A stretch of 64,000 nucleotides of DNA from an uncultured Verrucomicrobiae bacterium (GTDB taxonomy: Bacteria; Verrucomicrobiota; Verrucomicrobiia; Chthoniobacterales; Chthoniobacteraceae), in contig CAVYKI010000010.1 in the NCBI GenBank assembly GCA_963769025.1, forward strand, positions 96,001-160,000. The letters are read 5' to 3'. Positions 1 through 13,500 of the stretch are shown one piece after another (within the stretch, counting starts at the first letter, position 1; each line of letters starts with the position of its first letter). Under the pieces are notes generated by a model. The model searched no databases. It saw only the letters and a list, made by a program, of their open reading frames with translations, and was not told where the DNA came from. Position numbers and translations under genes: made by a program.

Positions 1-822
<822 letters not shown>

Positions 823-847
823 CCCGCGCTCCAGCAACAATCACAAG

Positions 848-878
848 AGCCGCCCCGGGAAACCGGGGCGGCTTTTTT
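848..878 (+). terminator. Rho-independent terminator after ppdK
   Basis: AGCCGCCCCGG-GAAA-CCGGGGCGGCT stem-loop followed by a T run. Confidence 0.9.
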
Positions 879-915
879 GTTGGCCGCACACGCCGGTTCC
901 CTATTCTCCCGCCGC

Positions 916-1383
916 ATGAAATTCCCCACCCTCGCAAAAATCTGCTGTGCAGCCACCCTCGCCACGTTCAGCGTCACGCCACTTATGGCTGATCCCAACC
1001 TCGAAAAAGGCGAAGCGTTCCTGAAAGAAAACTCAGCGAAGGAGGGCGTAAAAACGACCGCCAGCGGGCTGCAATACAAGGTGCTCAAGGAGGGCACCGG
1101 CAAAAGCCCGAAGGCCACCGACAACGTCCAGGTCCACTACAAGGGCACGCTGCTCGACGGCACGGAATTCGACAGCTCCCACAAGCGCGGCGAGCCCGCG
1201 ACCTTCCCGCTGAACCGCGTCATCCCGGGCTGGACCGAGGGCGTGCAGCTCATGAAGGAAGGCGCGAAATATCAGTTCACGATTCACCCGAAGCTGGCCT
1301 ACGGCGAGCGCGGCACGCCCGGCGGCCCGATCCCGCCAAACTCCACGCTCATCTTCGAGGTCGAACTGATCGCGGTGCAGTAG
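916..1383 (+). CDS. Secreted FKBP-type peptidyl-prolyl cis-trans isomerase, copy 1 (155 aa)
   Basis: Signal peptide, then GVKTTASGLQYKVL, VHYKGTL, FDSS, VIPGWTEG, LAYG and TLIFEVEL. ATG 916 was chosen by colinearity with copy 2. Confidence 0.95.
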   Translation: MKFPTLAKICCAATLATFSVTPLMADPNLEKGEAFLKENSAKEGVKTTASGLQYKVLKEGTGKSPKATDNVQVHYKGTLLDGTEFDSSHKRGEPATFPLNRVIPGWTEGVQLMKEGAKYQFTIHPKLAYGERGTPGGPIPPNSTLIFEVELIAVQ

Positions 1384-1527
1384 GGCACCCCTTCAGCAAC
1401 TGCCGGCGCGAGACGGCCTGCGACCGTAGTTCGCGGCCCGATCGCTGCCGATGGAGATCGGCGCGTGCGATGACGCGCGACCGCTCATCGGGAGCGGTGC
1501 GGAAAATGGCGTTGTTCAGCCAGCGGG

Positions 1528-4500
1528 CTACCTGCCGGCCGTGCGGCTGCGGACGCCGGGGAATCGGCGGCGCTCGCGGTATCCAATCAGGGCACACAAC
1601 GCGACCGCTCCGATGAGCGCCGTCGTCGCGGGCTCCGGCACCGGAACGATTTCATACTGGCCGCCGCCCAGGTCGATCTGTGCCGCGGCGCCAAAGCCGG
1701 TGAAGCTGATCTGGTTGAGCCATCCGCTGCCGGCGATGTCGGTGTTGAAGATCAACTGATCGGTCCCGCCTCCACCAGGCCCGGGCATGAGCGGATTGCC
1801 GGTCCAGCCATCGATCACGAGATTCGCCCCGAGAGCAAATGTCGTCCCCGCGCCGAACGTCAGGATGCTCGCGCCAGAGCCCAAATCGATATTGGAACTT
1901 TGCGAGAGGATGAGCGCCCCGAGCGTTTCATTGAAGCCGCCGGTGTTCAGCGTGCCACCCGCAAGTTCCATCGTCGCGGCATCGTTGATGCGATTCGCGG
2001 CGTTCAGAAGCATCGTGCCGCCGCTGTTCACCTTCACTCCGCTAGTCCCGCTGAGGCTGCCGGTCACGGCCAGCGTGCCGGCGTCCACAGTCGTCACACC
2101 GGTGTAGGTGCTGCTGGCGGCTGTCAGTTCCAGGGTGCCCGCGCCGAGCTTGGTGAGTCCGACGCTGTTCGCGCCGGCGTTGGTGTTCGCGATCGCGGTG
2201 CCGTAAGTGAAGGTCCCGCCGGCGTTGGTCGTGTCAAGGCCGAGGCTGGAACCGTTTTTGAAGCCCCCGGATGCCGTGCCGATGACCTTGATCGTGTCGA
2301 TGTCGGAGGCGGTGAACTCACCCGCCCCGCCGACATTGAACGCGGCGGTGGCGCCCGGCTCGACGATGACTTTCGCCGCGGTCCAGTTCGCCGCGTTGCC
2401 GTTGTAGAGCGACACCTGCTTCTCCGCCTGGAGCGTGCCGGAAGCCACCGTGGTCGTTCCGGTGTAGCTGTTCGTGCCGCTGAGCACCGTGCGCCCCGTC
2501 GAGGTGCCGCTCTGGACGAGGGCGCCCGAACCGCTGATGTTGTTGGCCACCGCCAGCGTGTTGCTGCGGTTGAACGAGAGCGCTCCGTTGTTGACGATAG
2601 CCCCGGTGCCGGTCGTGCCGGTCGTGCCGCCAGTGCCCACCTGCAAGGCGCCGTCGCTGATGGTGGTCGTCGCGCTGTAGGTGTTCGTGCCGGCGAGGAC
2701 GAGCGTGCCGGTGCCCGTCTTCAGGAGATCCGTGCAGTCGTCGCCGGAAATCACGCCGGAGACGGTGAGCACGTTCGCAAGCGTCACGTCGATGCTGGCC
2801 AGCGCGCCCGCGAGCGCGATGTCGCGACCCACGCCGAGGTCGACATTGGCGCCCGTGCTTTGGAACGTGGAGCCATTGGCGATCCGGATGTCATTGGTCG
2901 CGCTGGCGTCACCGAGGTTGTTGCTGGCGCTGATGCTCAGCATGCCCTGCTGGATGTCCGTCACGCCGGAGTAGCTGCTGCCTCCAGCGAGGACGAGGGT
3001 GCCTGCGCCGAGCTTGATCACTGAGCCGCTGCCGGAGATCGCGCTGCTCAAGGTCTGCGTGCCGGTCGTGCGGTTGATGACCAGATTGGAATTGTTCGTG
3101 ATGTCACTCGCGAAGGCGGTGGCATCGTTCAACTGCAACGTGCCGCCGCTGATCGTGGTCGGACCCGTGTAGATGATGTTGGCCCCGGCGAGGATCTGCG
3201 TGCCGTTGCCTTGCTTCGTGAATGCCAGCGTCCCGCCCGTGCCGGAGGCGCGGTTCCGGAGGAAGCCGGTGAAGCTGAAGTCCTGGTTGCTGTTGACGAT
3301 CAGCGTGCCGTTGCCGGCGACGGTGTCCGTGGCGCTCTCGTGGTTTTCGATGACGCCGCGGGACACGGCCGAAATGCCAGCCACCGTCTCCGTGCGGCCG
3401 AACAGCTTGAAGTAAGCCTCCGCGCCGCTCGCGCTCACGAATGAGAGGACGGCGGTATCCACGATCTGCTCATCCGCACCAAGCCCGACGACGACATCCA
3501 GCGTGCCGGACGTGACGTTGCCGATCTGCAGGTTGCCGTTGATGGCCGAATTCGTCGTTCCGTTGAGGACGACGGAGCTCACCGTGGAGCTGTTTACCGA
3601 CTGGTTGACGATGGTCGTTCCCGTGAAGGTCGAGGCACCCTGGATGGTGAGCAGGCCGGTGGTGCCTGTCGTCACGCTGCGCGTGATGATGTTCAGCTCA
3701 TCCGCTGAACCCGCGGTGGTGTCGTTGATGCCGTTCGCCAGCGTCACGCCCGCGGTGACAAGGCTCACGTCGAGCGTGCCGCCGCCGGTGTTGATGTCCC
3801 ACGGCTTGGTGGACGGGTCGCCGGTGAAACCTGCCGCCAGCTTCAACCCGCCGCCGAAGAAATGGAGGGCGTTGGTGGTGCCGTTCACCTTGTCCAGATT
3901 ATCGATCAGGAGCGTGCCCTGGTTGAGATAGACGTCGGTGAAGAGGTTGCCGGTGTCGGTAAGCGCGAGGGTGCCCGCGCCGGATTTGACCAGCGGGACG
4001 GCGGACGTCAGCGGCGTGGCCAGCGTGAGCGATCCCGCCGCCGTCGTGACGAAGACGGTGTAATCGCGGCTGCCACCGGTGGTGATTTCACTGATCGTGC
4101 CGATGCTGTGGCTCCCCGCCCCCGCCGCGAGGATAGCGCCGGTGGTAATCTCCATCGAACTCTCCATCGGACTGGCGGAGCCGGTGAGGGCGATGGGCGT
4201 CGCGGAATCGAGCACCAGCGAGTTGATGGCCGCCGGCGTCGCGGTGATCGCCGCGGTAGCCGTGAAGCGGATGTTGTCGAAGAGCGTACCCGTGATGGTG
4301 TTGTCGTCGTTGATGTATTCCGTGGTCGCGAGCGGGCGCACGCCGGTGGTGGCGTCCACGTTGGTGACGAAGCTGTTGCCCAGCCCCGCATTGGTCACAT
4401 CGCCGACAATCCACGGGATGATCTTCAACTGCGTGCCCGTGTCCGATCCGTTGCCGACCTCGAATCCGTTGAGCGCGGCCTGGCCGGCGGCATCAAACCG

Positions 4501-7500
4501 GATCAGCCCCTTCCGCGCGGTCGCCGTGCTGCCGAGCGCGAGTCCGCGCACGAGGAGCGTGGCGCGGTTGCTGCCACGGGAAAGGGTGTCCGCCGTGAGC
4601 AGCGCAACGGTCGCTGTGCTGTTGTTCGTCGGGAGCGCCGTCGCGACGTTGTGGCCGGCGCCGAGATTGATCGCCCCGACGTTCTCGTCCCGCGATCCGG
4701 CGGTGGTGGCGTAAGTATTTTCGACCGTGATCCCGTTGGTGCCTGCGGTGTTGTTGAGGGTGATGGCCACCGTGTTGCTGACGCGGTCGATGGTTCCGCT
4801 CTGATCCTGGACGCTGCGCAGTTCAGCGCCATTCAGGGTGTAGCTCGTCGCCTGGGCAATGTCGCCACTCCCGCCTGAGAGCGAGAGGAGTCCCGCATTC
4901 ACCGTCACGTTGCCCGTCATCGTGCTGTTCCCGGTGAGGGTCAGCGTGGAGCCGCCATCCTTGACGAGTTTTCCGGCGCCGCTGAAGATCGCATTGACGG
5001 TCTGGGCGGACGTCTGGTTCACCGTGAGAGTCGAGCCCGTGTTGAGGACGACGGAGCCGCCCGAATCGCCGGCGAGGCTGCCGATCGTCTCCGTCTGGTT
5101 GGTGACGAGTTCCAGCCGGGTGCCAGGCGCGTTTCGGAGGTTGATTTGCGAGTTGTCGCTGACCGCGCTGCCACCCGTGAGGCGGAGCGTGCCTTCGATG
5201 ATGGTGATGGTGCCGGTCTGGTTGTTCGTTCCGCTGAGCACGGTGATGCCGGTGCCGTTCTTGGTGATGGCGGCACCTCCGACAATCCGCGACGCGAGGG
5301 TCAGCGTGCCGGTGTTGTTTTGTGTGATGATGAATTCATTGGTGCCGCTGGCGAGTGTTCCGCCGGTGATCGTGGACGAGCTGCCGACGACCGTGCTGGT
5401 CACCATGATGCCGCCGCTGGAGATCACCAGGCTTTGCCCGACGGTGATGGTGGAAGTTGCCGCCACGTCGAAGCGCAGGCTGTTGATGGTGTTGCAGTCG
5501 GGATCCACGGTCCCTGTGAAGCCGGCGCTGTTGGTGATGTTTTCATTCGACCCCCACGTGCTGGCATTGTTCTTCGTCGTGTAGGTGGCGGCGACGATTT
5601 GGCCGCCGGAGATGGAGGCGAAGTCGCGGTCATTGATCGTGAGCCAGGCGCCCACGATGCCGTTGGTGTTCACGGTCGGCCCGCTGTAGGCGAACAGGGT
5701 GTTCGCATCCGGCAGCGAGACATTGAGGATGCCGGCAGTGCGGGTGATCGTGCCGGCGACGGCGAAAGTGACGTTCTGCCCGCCCGCCGAGGTCAGGCTC
5801 ATCTGCGAGGGGCCGCCGGCCACGGCGAGACTTGCGACGGTCTGGGTGCTCGGGGCCGTGGCGTTGCCGATCAGGTTGGTGTTGGAGGGCGCGTCGCTGT
5901 TCGTCGCGGAGCCGACGGTGAATGCGCCGGTGCCCATCTTGTTGTCGGTGCCGGCGTTCGTGGTGAAGTCGAGGACGAGCGTGCCTTCGCGGTTCAGCGT
6001 GGTGCCGGTGAGGCTGTTGTTGCCGCTCAGTGTGACCGTCAGGTTGTTATCGCGCGTCGCCGCGGCCGCGCCGCTGAGATTTGCGGAAACCGTGCCCTGG
6101 TTGAGGGTCAGCGTGTTCGTCACGTTGAGCGTGCCGGTGCCGGTGATGTTTCCGACTTCCGTGGCCACGGTATTGAACCCGATCTGCAGCAGCGGGATGG
6201 TGTTGGTCGTTCCGCCGAGGAGTTCCAGGTTCCCGATTCCCTGGTTGTCATCTCCGAGGATGATCTGCTCGATGGAGGAACCGATGGCATTGGTGGCGTT
6301 CAGATAAATGGTCGCGCCATCGCGGGCGAAGAGGCGGTTCTGGCCGGCGCCGCCGACGATGGCGTCCACGACGTTCAGGTTCACCACGGGAGCGCCCGTC
6401 GAGTCGGCGACGAGATCACCGGCAGAGCCCAGGATCAGGCTGCCAGCGCCGGAAACAGTCAGCGTGCCGGCGTTGACGAGGTAGTCGTCGCCGACGCTGA
6501 CCGTGCCCTGGATCGTCCAGGTTCCTGTGCCGTTCTTGATCACGTCGGAATTCGCGCCGTCCGTGGTGCCGCTCGCGAGGGTGACGGGGCCGGTGATGAG
6601 GCCGTTGCCGGTGCCATCGAGCACCAGGGCAAAGCCATTCGCACCGACGTTGCCCGCCGTGGAAGTGACAGCTCCGGAGACGGTGAGGTCGGTCGCCGCG
6701 GTGGCGGAATCATTCGCGGTGAATGTGCGCGAGGCGGTGCCGAGATCCATCGGTGCCGCGATGCTGCCGCCCAGCGGATCGTTGGTGCCGTCAAAGACGA
6801 CGTTGCCATTGAGCGTGATGGAGCCCCCGCCGCCGGTGTTCGCGATCACCGGAGTGGCGGCGATGTCCGCACCGCCCAGGGTGATGCCGCCGGTGAAGAC
6901 CGTGGTCCTGCTGTTGTTGTCGAATGTCGCGGTGGTGCCGGCATTGGCGTTGACCGAGAGGGCGCTGCTCGTGGTGATGCTGCCGGCGGCTCCGAGCCGG
7001 AGGATGCCGTTGTTCACCGTCGTGGTGCCGGTGTAGGTGTTGGCGCCGTTCAGGATCAACGTGGCGGTCCCGGTCTTCACGAGCGCGAGGTTGTTTTCAT
7101 TGGTCCCGGCTCCGCCGATCACACCGCCGAAAGTTCCCGTCGCACCCTGCGTGACGATCAGCGTCGAGACGGCCGCGCTGCCGCCGACGATTGCGTTTGC
7201 GGTGCCGCTGCCGGAAGTCGTGAGGGTCCCGAGCGCGGTATTGGATGCGCCATTCACGGAGTCGCCGAGCTGGAGGACGGCCGAGGTGCTGCCTGCGCCG
7301 AGGGTAAATGCGTTCAGGCCGGGCAGGCGATTGTCGGCCAGGCCCTCGAGGATGAGGCGGCCGGCAGTCAGGGTCGTGGCGCCGTCGTAGGTGCCCAGCG
7401 CGTCCGTCCCGCGGAGGATGATGGTGCCGGCGGAAGTCCCGTCGTCGTTGAGCTTCAGGAACCCAGGCCCGATGATGGAGCCGGAGAGGACGAGCGTGGA

Positions 7501-10500
7501 TGCGCTCGTCACGTTCCATGTCTGGTCCGCGCCGAGCCGGATCTGGGCGTTGATGGTGACCGTGGCCGGTCCTCCGGTCGTGATTTTCAGACCGTCCGTC
7601 GAGACCTGCGGGGCGATCGCGATGCGGCTGGTGGTCAGCGCCCCGGTGTTGATGGTGACCGAGGAAGGCGTGTCGAGCGGATTGGTGCTGGGCTCGAAGG
7701 TGAGGGAGTTGATCTTGAAGTTCTGCTCGAGCGTGGTCGTGAGCGCGGCGCCGCCGGTGAGGCTGTCGGCGATGAATTTCACATCGGACCCCTGCCCAGG
7801 GCTGGAAATCCGGGCCGTGGTGCCGGCCTTGTCCTCGGACCAGTTGGTGGCGTCGTTCCAGACCAGACCCGCTCCGCCGCGCCAGAACCAGTCGCCGGTG
7901 ATCAGCAGGCCGGTGGTGATGTACATCAGCGTGTCGGTGCGCACCAACGTGATGGAGGTAAAGCCGCCCGGAGTGGCGCCGAGGAGCCAGTCCGAATTTG
8001 ACAGCAGGCCGGTGGTCAATCCGCCATCCACGACCGACAGCAGATTGTAGTTCTGGGATGGGTTCAGCCCGATGTCCGTCAGGTTGAATTTGATCTGGTT
8101 TCCCGCGAAGAGCGTCAGCGCGCCGCCCGTGGATAGCGTGATGAGATCCGTGCTGAGCTGATCCCCGGCGGTGACCGTGTCGCCGACGTTGAGGCCGAGT
8201 TCCGTCAACGTGCCGCCGGAACTGCCGAGCGTGAGCGCGGTGACCGTGAGCTTGTCTCCCACGCCGTTCAGGAGGCGCAGGTTCGCGCCGTCGCCGACGG
8301 TTATGGCGGTGGTGCCGCTGATCGGGCCGGCGAAAGTGAGCTTGCTGCCCGCGCCGGTGACGGTCGTGCTTCCGGTATAGGTGCTCGTGCCCCCCACGGT
8401 GAGTTCGCCCGAGCCGGTCTTCACGAAGTGGAGATTGTTCTCATTCGCGCCCGCGCCACCCAGTCCGCCGTTGTACGTGGTGACGGTGCTCTGGTTCACC
8501 GTCAACGTGGAGAACGCGGCATTCCCGCTCACAATCGCGTTCGATGTGCCGAAGCCGGAGCTCGCGAGGGATGTCGCGGTCTGGTTGGAGGCACCGGATC
8601 CATTTCCGAGACGGAGCACGCCGGAGGTGCCCAGATTGCCGAAGCTGAGACCGCCGGAGCCCAGTCGCTCATTCACACCGCCCACCGCGATGACCGTGCC
8701 GTCCTGGATCGCTGTGCCGCCCGAGTACGTGTTGGTTCCAGTGATCGTGAGAGTGCCGCCGGTCGTTTTCAGGAGCGGCGTCGTCCCACCGTTGAGCTCG
8801 GCGAGATTCTGGAGCGTGCCCCCCTGCCCCTCGAACGCGACGCTCTGAGTCGAAGATCCGATGTTGAACCCGGCCATATCGAGCAAGCCGTTGCTCAGGT
8901 TGATCGCCGCGTTTGCGACCTTGGAACCCGAGCCGGTTCCGGAAAGGCCGATCTTGACGATGTTGCCGCCCAACGTCGTCGTGCCACCCGAGATGTTGAT
9001 GGTGGAATTCACCGCGGTCGCCTGCGTGCTGGTTCCGTTGTTCAGGGCGGCCATCGTGATCGCTGTACCTGAGGTCGCGCCGATCGTGACGGTCCCTCCG
9101 CTGATGTTCAAAGTCGCGTTCTCCGTCGCGCTCTGCCCCGCGACGGTGTAGGTCCCGGCGAGATTGCCAAACTGGAGGATGCCGCTGGCGATGTTCACGA
9201 TCCCCCCGCCGAGATTGATGGTCACATCCGTCGTACGCGCGAGGCCGGCCCCGTTGCCGGATTCGGCCGTCCGCGTTGCCGCAGTGAGGCTCAGCATGTC
9301 GAGCGTTCCAGTGTCAAAGCTGAACGAGTTCCCATGGCTGGAGCCCCGGCTCTGCGTTCCGATGTTCAGCGTGCTGAGCAACAAGTCCGCGCTGTGACCG
9401 GTGAAGTCCACGATGTTCGTCACGCCGGCACCCGGAGGCACGCCCGTGTTGGCAGCGCCCGTACCGATGTTCAATGCGACGCGGCTGGTCGTGTCAGCAG
9501 CCCGCAGGAAGATGGTGCCGTTGCCGGAGGCGACAGTGATTTGACCCATGTCACGGCCGCCGGTGCCGACGTTCACGGTGTTCACGTACAGGGTCGTCAG
9601 GCCGGTGCCGAGGACCACGGAATTGGTCTGGCCGGCAGCCCCGGCATTTCCGCTGTTGTCGCCGACGTTGAAATTCGCCGCCGTGATCGTGGTGACCGGC
9701 GTGGTCGGCGTGATGCCTGTCGTCGGAGTGGGCAGGAGCAGGGTGGACTGGTTCCCGGCGAGGTTCGTCCCGTTGGGCTGGTTCACCCGGACGGTTCCCG
9801 TGGCGCTCACGTCGATCGTGACACCGTTCAGCCCGGTGAGATCGAGGACGGAGTTCTGCGAATTCGTGCTGCTCGTGCTGCCGCCGACCGCGAAAAGTCC
9901 GCCTGCGGCTGTGGTGACATTCAGATTTCCTCCGCCCGTCATCGTCAGCGTGGCGCGTGCATTCGTGGTGCCGGGGGTCGTGGCGCCGATCTGCACGTTG
10001 CCACCGAAGCTCAGCGTCTTGCCCGGATCCACGGTGATGGTGCTCGCCGTCGCGGAGTTGATGTTCATGATCAGCGCGCCGCCGAAGCTCGCGTTGATGC
10101 CATTGAGATCGAAGGCGACCGGGACCGTGGTGGCGGCGGCACCGAGCGTCAGGCCGCCCGAGAGCGACGGATTGGCCGTGTCGAAAGTGAGCGTGCCCCC
10201 GTTGATGGTGGTAAGGCCGCCGTAGTTGCTGGCCGCGCTCGAACTCAGGCCCGAGAGGGTCAGGTTGCCGCCGCCCGCCTTTGCCACTGCGCCGGTCGCG
10301 CCCTGGATGCTGCCGGTGAACGTGGAGCTCAGGTTGTTCGTCACATTGCCCACGGTGAGCGTGAATGCGCCGGTGATGTTCACGAGGCCACTGTTCGTGA
10401 CAGTGCCCACATTGCCCAGCGAACCGAGGGTCTGCGAGGCACCGATGTTGAGGGTCGTGCCGTCGCCCACATCCACGGCCGCCAGCGCGCCGAGCGCCGT

Positions 10501-13500
10501 GGCGTTGTTGGAATTCAGCGTGCCGCCGTTGAGGTCGATGACAGTGCCATCCACCAGGCCGGTCGCGGCGGTAGCCAGAATCATCGTGGCGTCGCCCTCC
10601 TTGGTGATGGTGCGGGCGACCCCGTTGTCGTTCAGCGCGCCGAGCGTGAGGGTCAGAGCTCCGCCGCCGGAGGCATTGGTGACATTGAAGGTCGGGGACG
10701 CGAGAAACGAGGCGCTGCCGGTGAAGCTGACGACCTCCGTCCCGCCCGTGATATTCGCACCGCCCGCGATATTGAGGACGCTGGATCCCACGCCCATCGT
10801 GAGCCCGGCCCCCGTGCCGGTGCCGATGGCCTGGGTGATTCCGTTCCCGGGGGTCGCCCGGTCCAGGGTGATCGTGGTGGGCGTGCCCGTGACATACACA
10901 TTCGCCCGGGCGATGCTCGCCGTGTCGGTCTGGATGGCGAGCGCGCCGCCATTGAGCTGCATGGTCATCGAGTTCGGGTTGATATCGCCGACCACGCTGT
11001 TGCTCGTGCCTTGCAGCAAAAGGGTGCCTGCATCCACGCGGAAGCCGACGCCCGTGGCACCGCCCACGCCCACGCCCTGCGCATCGTACGACGAACTGGA
11101 AACGGTGAGCGCGAGCGTCCCGGCGCCAGTCTTGATCAGGCCGCCGCCATTGGCAGTGGCGGCCGTGGTCCCGACAATCGCGCTGCTCATGACCAGCGTG
11201 CCGCCATCGACCTGGATCGTTCCCGGCCCGGCCTGCACGTTGAAGACCTTGCCGGAATTCGCGTTGAAGCCGGTGGTGACCTGCAGGGTGCCGCCACCCG
11301 TGCCGAAGATGATGTCATTGGTGCCCACGCCCAGTCCGGTTTCCGCGTCGATCTTCACCACGCCGCCCGTGTTGATGTTGGTGTTTACGGTGAATCCGTT
11401 TGCGCTGCTGAGGTAGAGCGTCCCGGTCCCGGTCTTCGTCACGCTGGTGACCCCGGCCGGGATCGTGCCGGCGATCGTCACGTCGCCCGTGCCCGCCACG
11501 GTGAGGCCGAAGGCGCCGGTCACGTTGCCGTTGATGGTGAGCACGTTCGCGGCGTCGTTCGCCCAAATCTGCGCGGCACCGAGGGTGACGGCGCTGTTGA
11601 TGGTCACCGCCCCCGCCCCGCTTTCCACCGCGAGACCCGTGGTGCCGCTGGGCGGCGTGAGCGTGAGAGTGTTCCCGCTGATCGAGGCGCCGCTGGTCGC
11701 CGCCGCGGCGAACGTCAGCGTCCGGATGGTGAAGTTCTGCCCCAGGACCGTGGCGAGGTTCCCCGCGGCGGGTGTCGTGGTGTAGAAATGGACATCCGTC
11801 GTCGTTCCCGGGAGGGCGAACGTGTCCGCGTTGCCCGTGGCATCCGTGCGCCAGTTCGAGGCCGCACCGGCGCCGAGCGTGTTCCAGTTTGCGTCCACGC
11901 TTCCGGACCAGAACGCGATGGACGGCGTGAGGTTGGTCACGAACAGCTGGAGTTGGTTGGAGTTGTTCTGCAGGACGCCCGTGTGGGCGGGATCCCCGGC
12001 GAACACGGGGTTCAGCACGAGGTTGCCGAAGTTGCTCAGCGTGCCGGTGTATCCGTTCACCAGCGTGTAGAGGCCGCCCACCGACAGCGGTGCCATTGCA
12101 TTGATGTTCACCTGCGTGTTCGTCCCGAAGACCGGGATGATGTCGGTGGAAATGAGGTCATTCACTCCGCCGCCGACGGTCGTCACGCCGGCGAGGTCAA
12201 AGTTGAGCTTGCCAAAGGCGTTGGCGTTGGTGGTCAGGCCGACGGTGTTGATCGTCAGCGTGCCTGCCGTGCCGACGGTGCCGGGATTCAGCACCGCGCC
12301 CTGGGAGAAATTCGTCGCGCCGCCGACGGCGAGCGTCACGCCGCCCGTGACGGTGCCGGTGCCGCCGAGGATTCCCTGCGTGGCGGCGGTGGTGCCGCCG
12401 GTGACCGTGAGAAGGCTCGTGCCCGTGCCCGATCCCGTCGTGTTGTTCACGAGCAGCGTGCCGCCGCTGACGGTCGTCACGCCCGTGTACGTATTCGCGC
12501 CGGTAATCGTCCACGTGCTGATGTTGCTCTTGGTGACCCGCGTGTAGCCGCCGAGCAGGACGGGGGCGAAGCCGCCACCCACCGCGTCGGAAATCACCCC
12601 GTCAACCCGGTTGCCCGTGCTCGTGCCGTCCAGCGTGATGGTGTCGAAATTGCCGGTGCCGAAACCGGTCATCGGATTCGTCACGTTGCCGGCGATGATG
12701 AGGCTGGCGGTCGTGGGATTAAGCGTCGTGGTCTGGCCGGTGCCGGGATTGAGGCCAAGGCCGCTCAGCGTCAGCGAGTAGCCATCGGCACCCGTGACGT
12801 TCAAGGTGCGGGCCGCCGCGGTGGCCTGGGTCAGCGGGCCGAGCACGATCGTGTTGCCGGTGTTGCCGGTCAGGCTGGCCACGTTGATCGTGGAACCCGA
12901 TGTGGTGAGCTGCACATTGTAGCCGCCGGGGTTGCTGGCGCTGCCGTAGGTGATGCTGCCGTTGTTGCCGGTTCCGTCATTGCGGAGGCTCAGGATGCCG
13001 GCGTTCAGGTTGATGGCGTTGACGGCCGTGGAATCACCGAGGCCCCCGATCGCGCGGTTCACCTGCAGCGTGCCGGCCGTGATCGTCGTGATTCCCGTGT
13101 ACGTGCTCGGCGCGGCCGTATTCGCGAGCACCCACGTGCCGGCCTCGGCCTTGGTCAGGGCCAGGACGCCGACGCACTGGTCGATGATGCCATTGAGCAC
13201 GTTGTCGAATCCCGTCGTCGTGCCCTGGAGCGTGAGCGTCGCCGGGGTGGCCCCGCCGCTCTCGACATTTTCGATGTTGCCATTGAGGACGAGCGCGCCG
13301 CTTCCATCGTTGTCGATGGTGCCGCCTCCGGTGGTCCCCGAAATCCAAAAGGGGCGATTCGTGCTTCCGCCGGTACCCGTGTAAAGCAGGACGCCGGTCG
13401 TGGTCCCGAGGCCGAGCCGGATGGCGGCGTTCTCGCCGGTGGGCGCGCCGATGGAGCTGCTGAAGCCGGCGTTGGCGATCGTGTCGATGCTCAGCGTCCC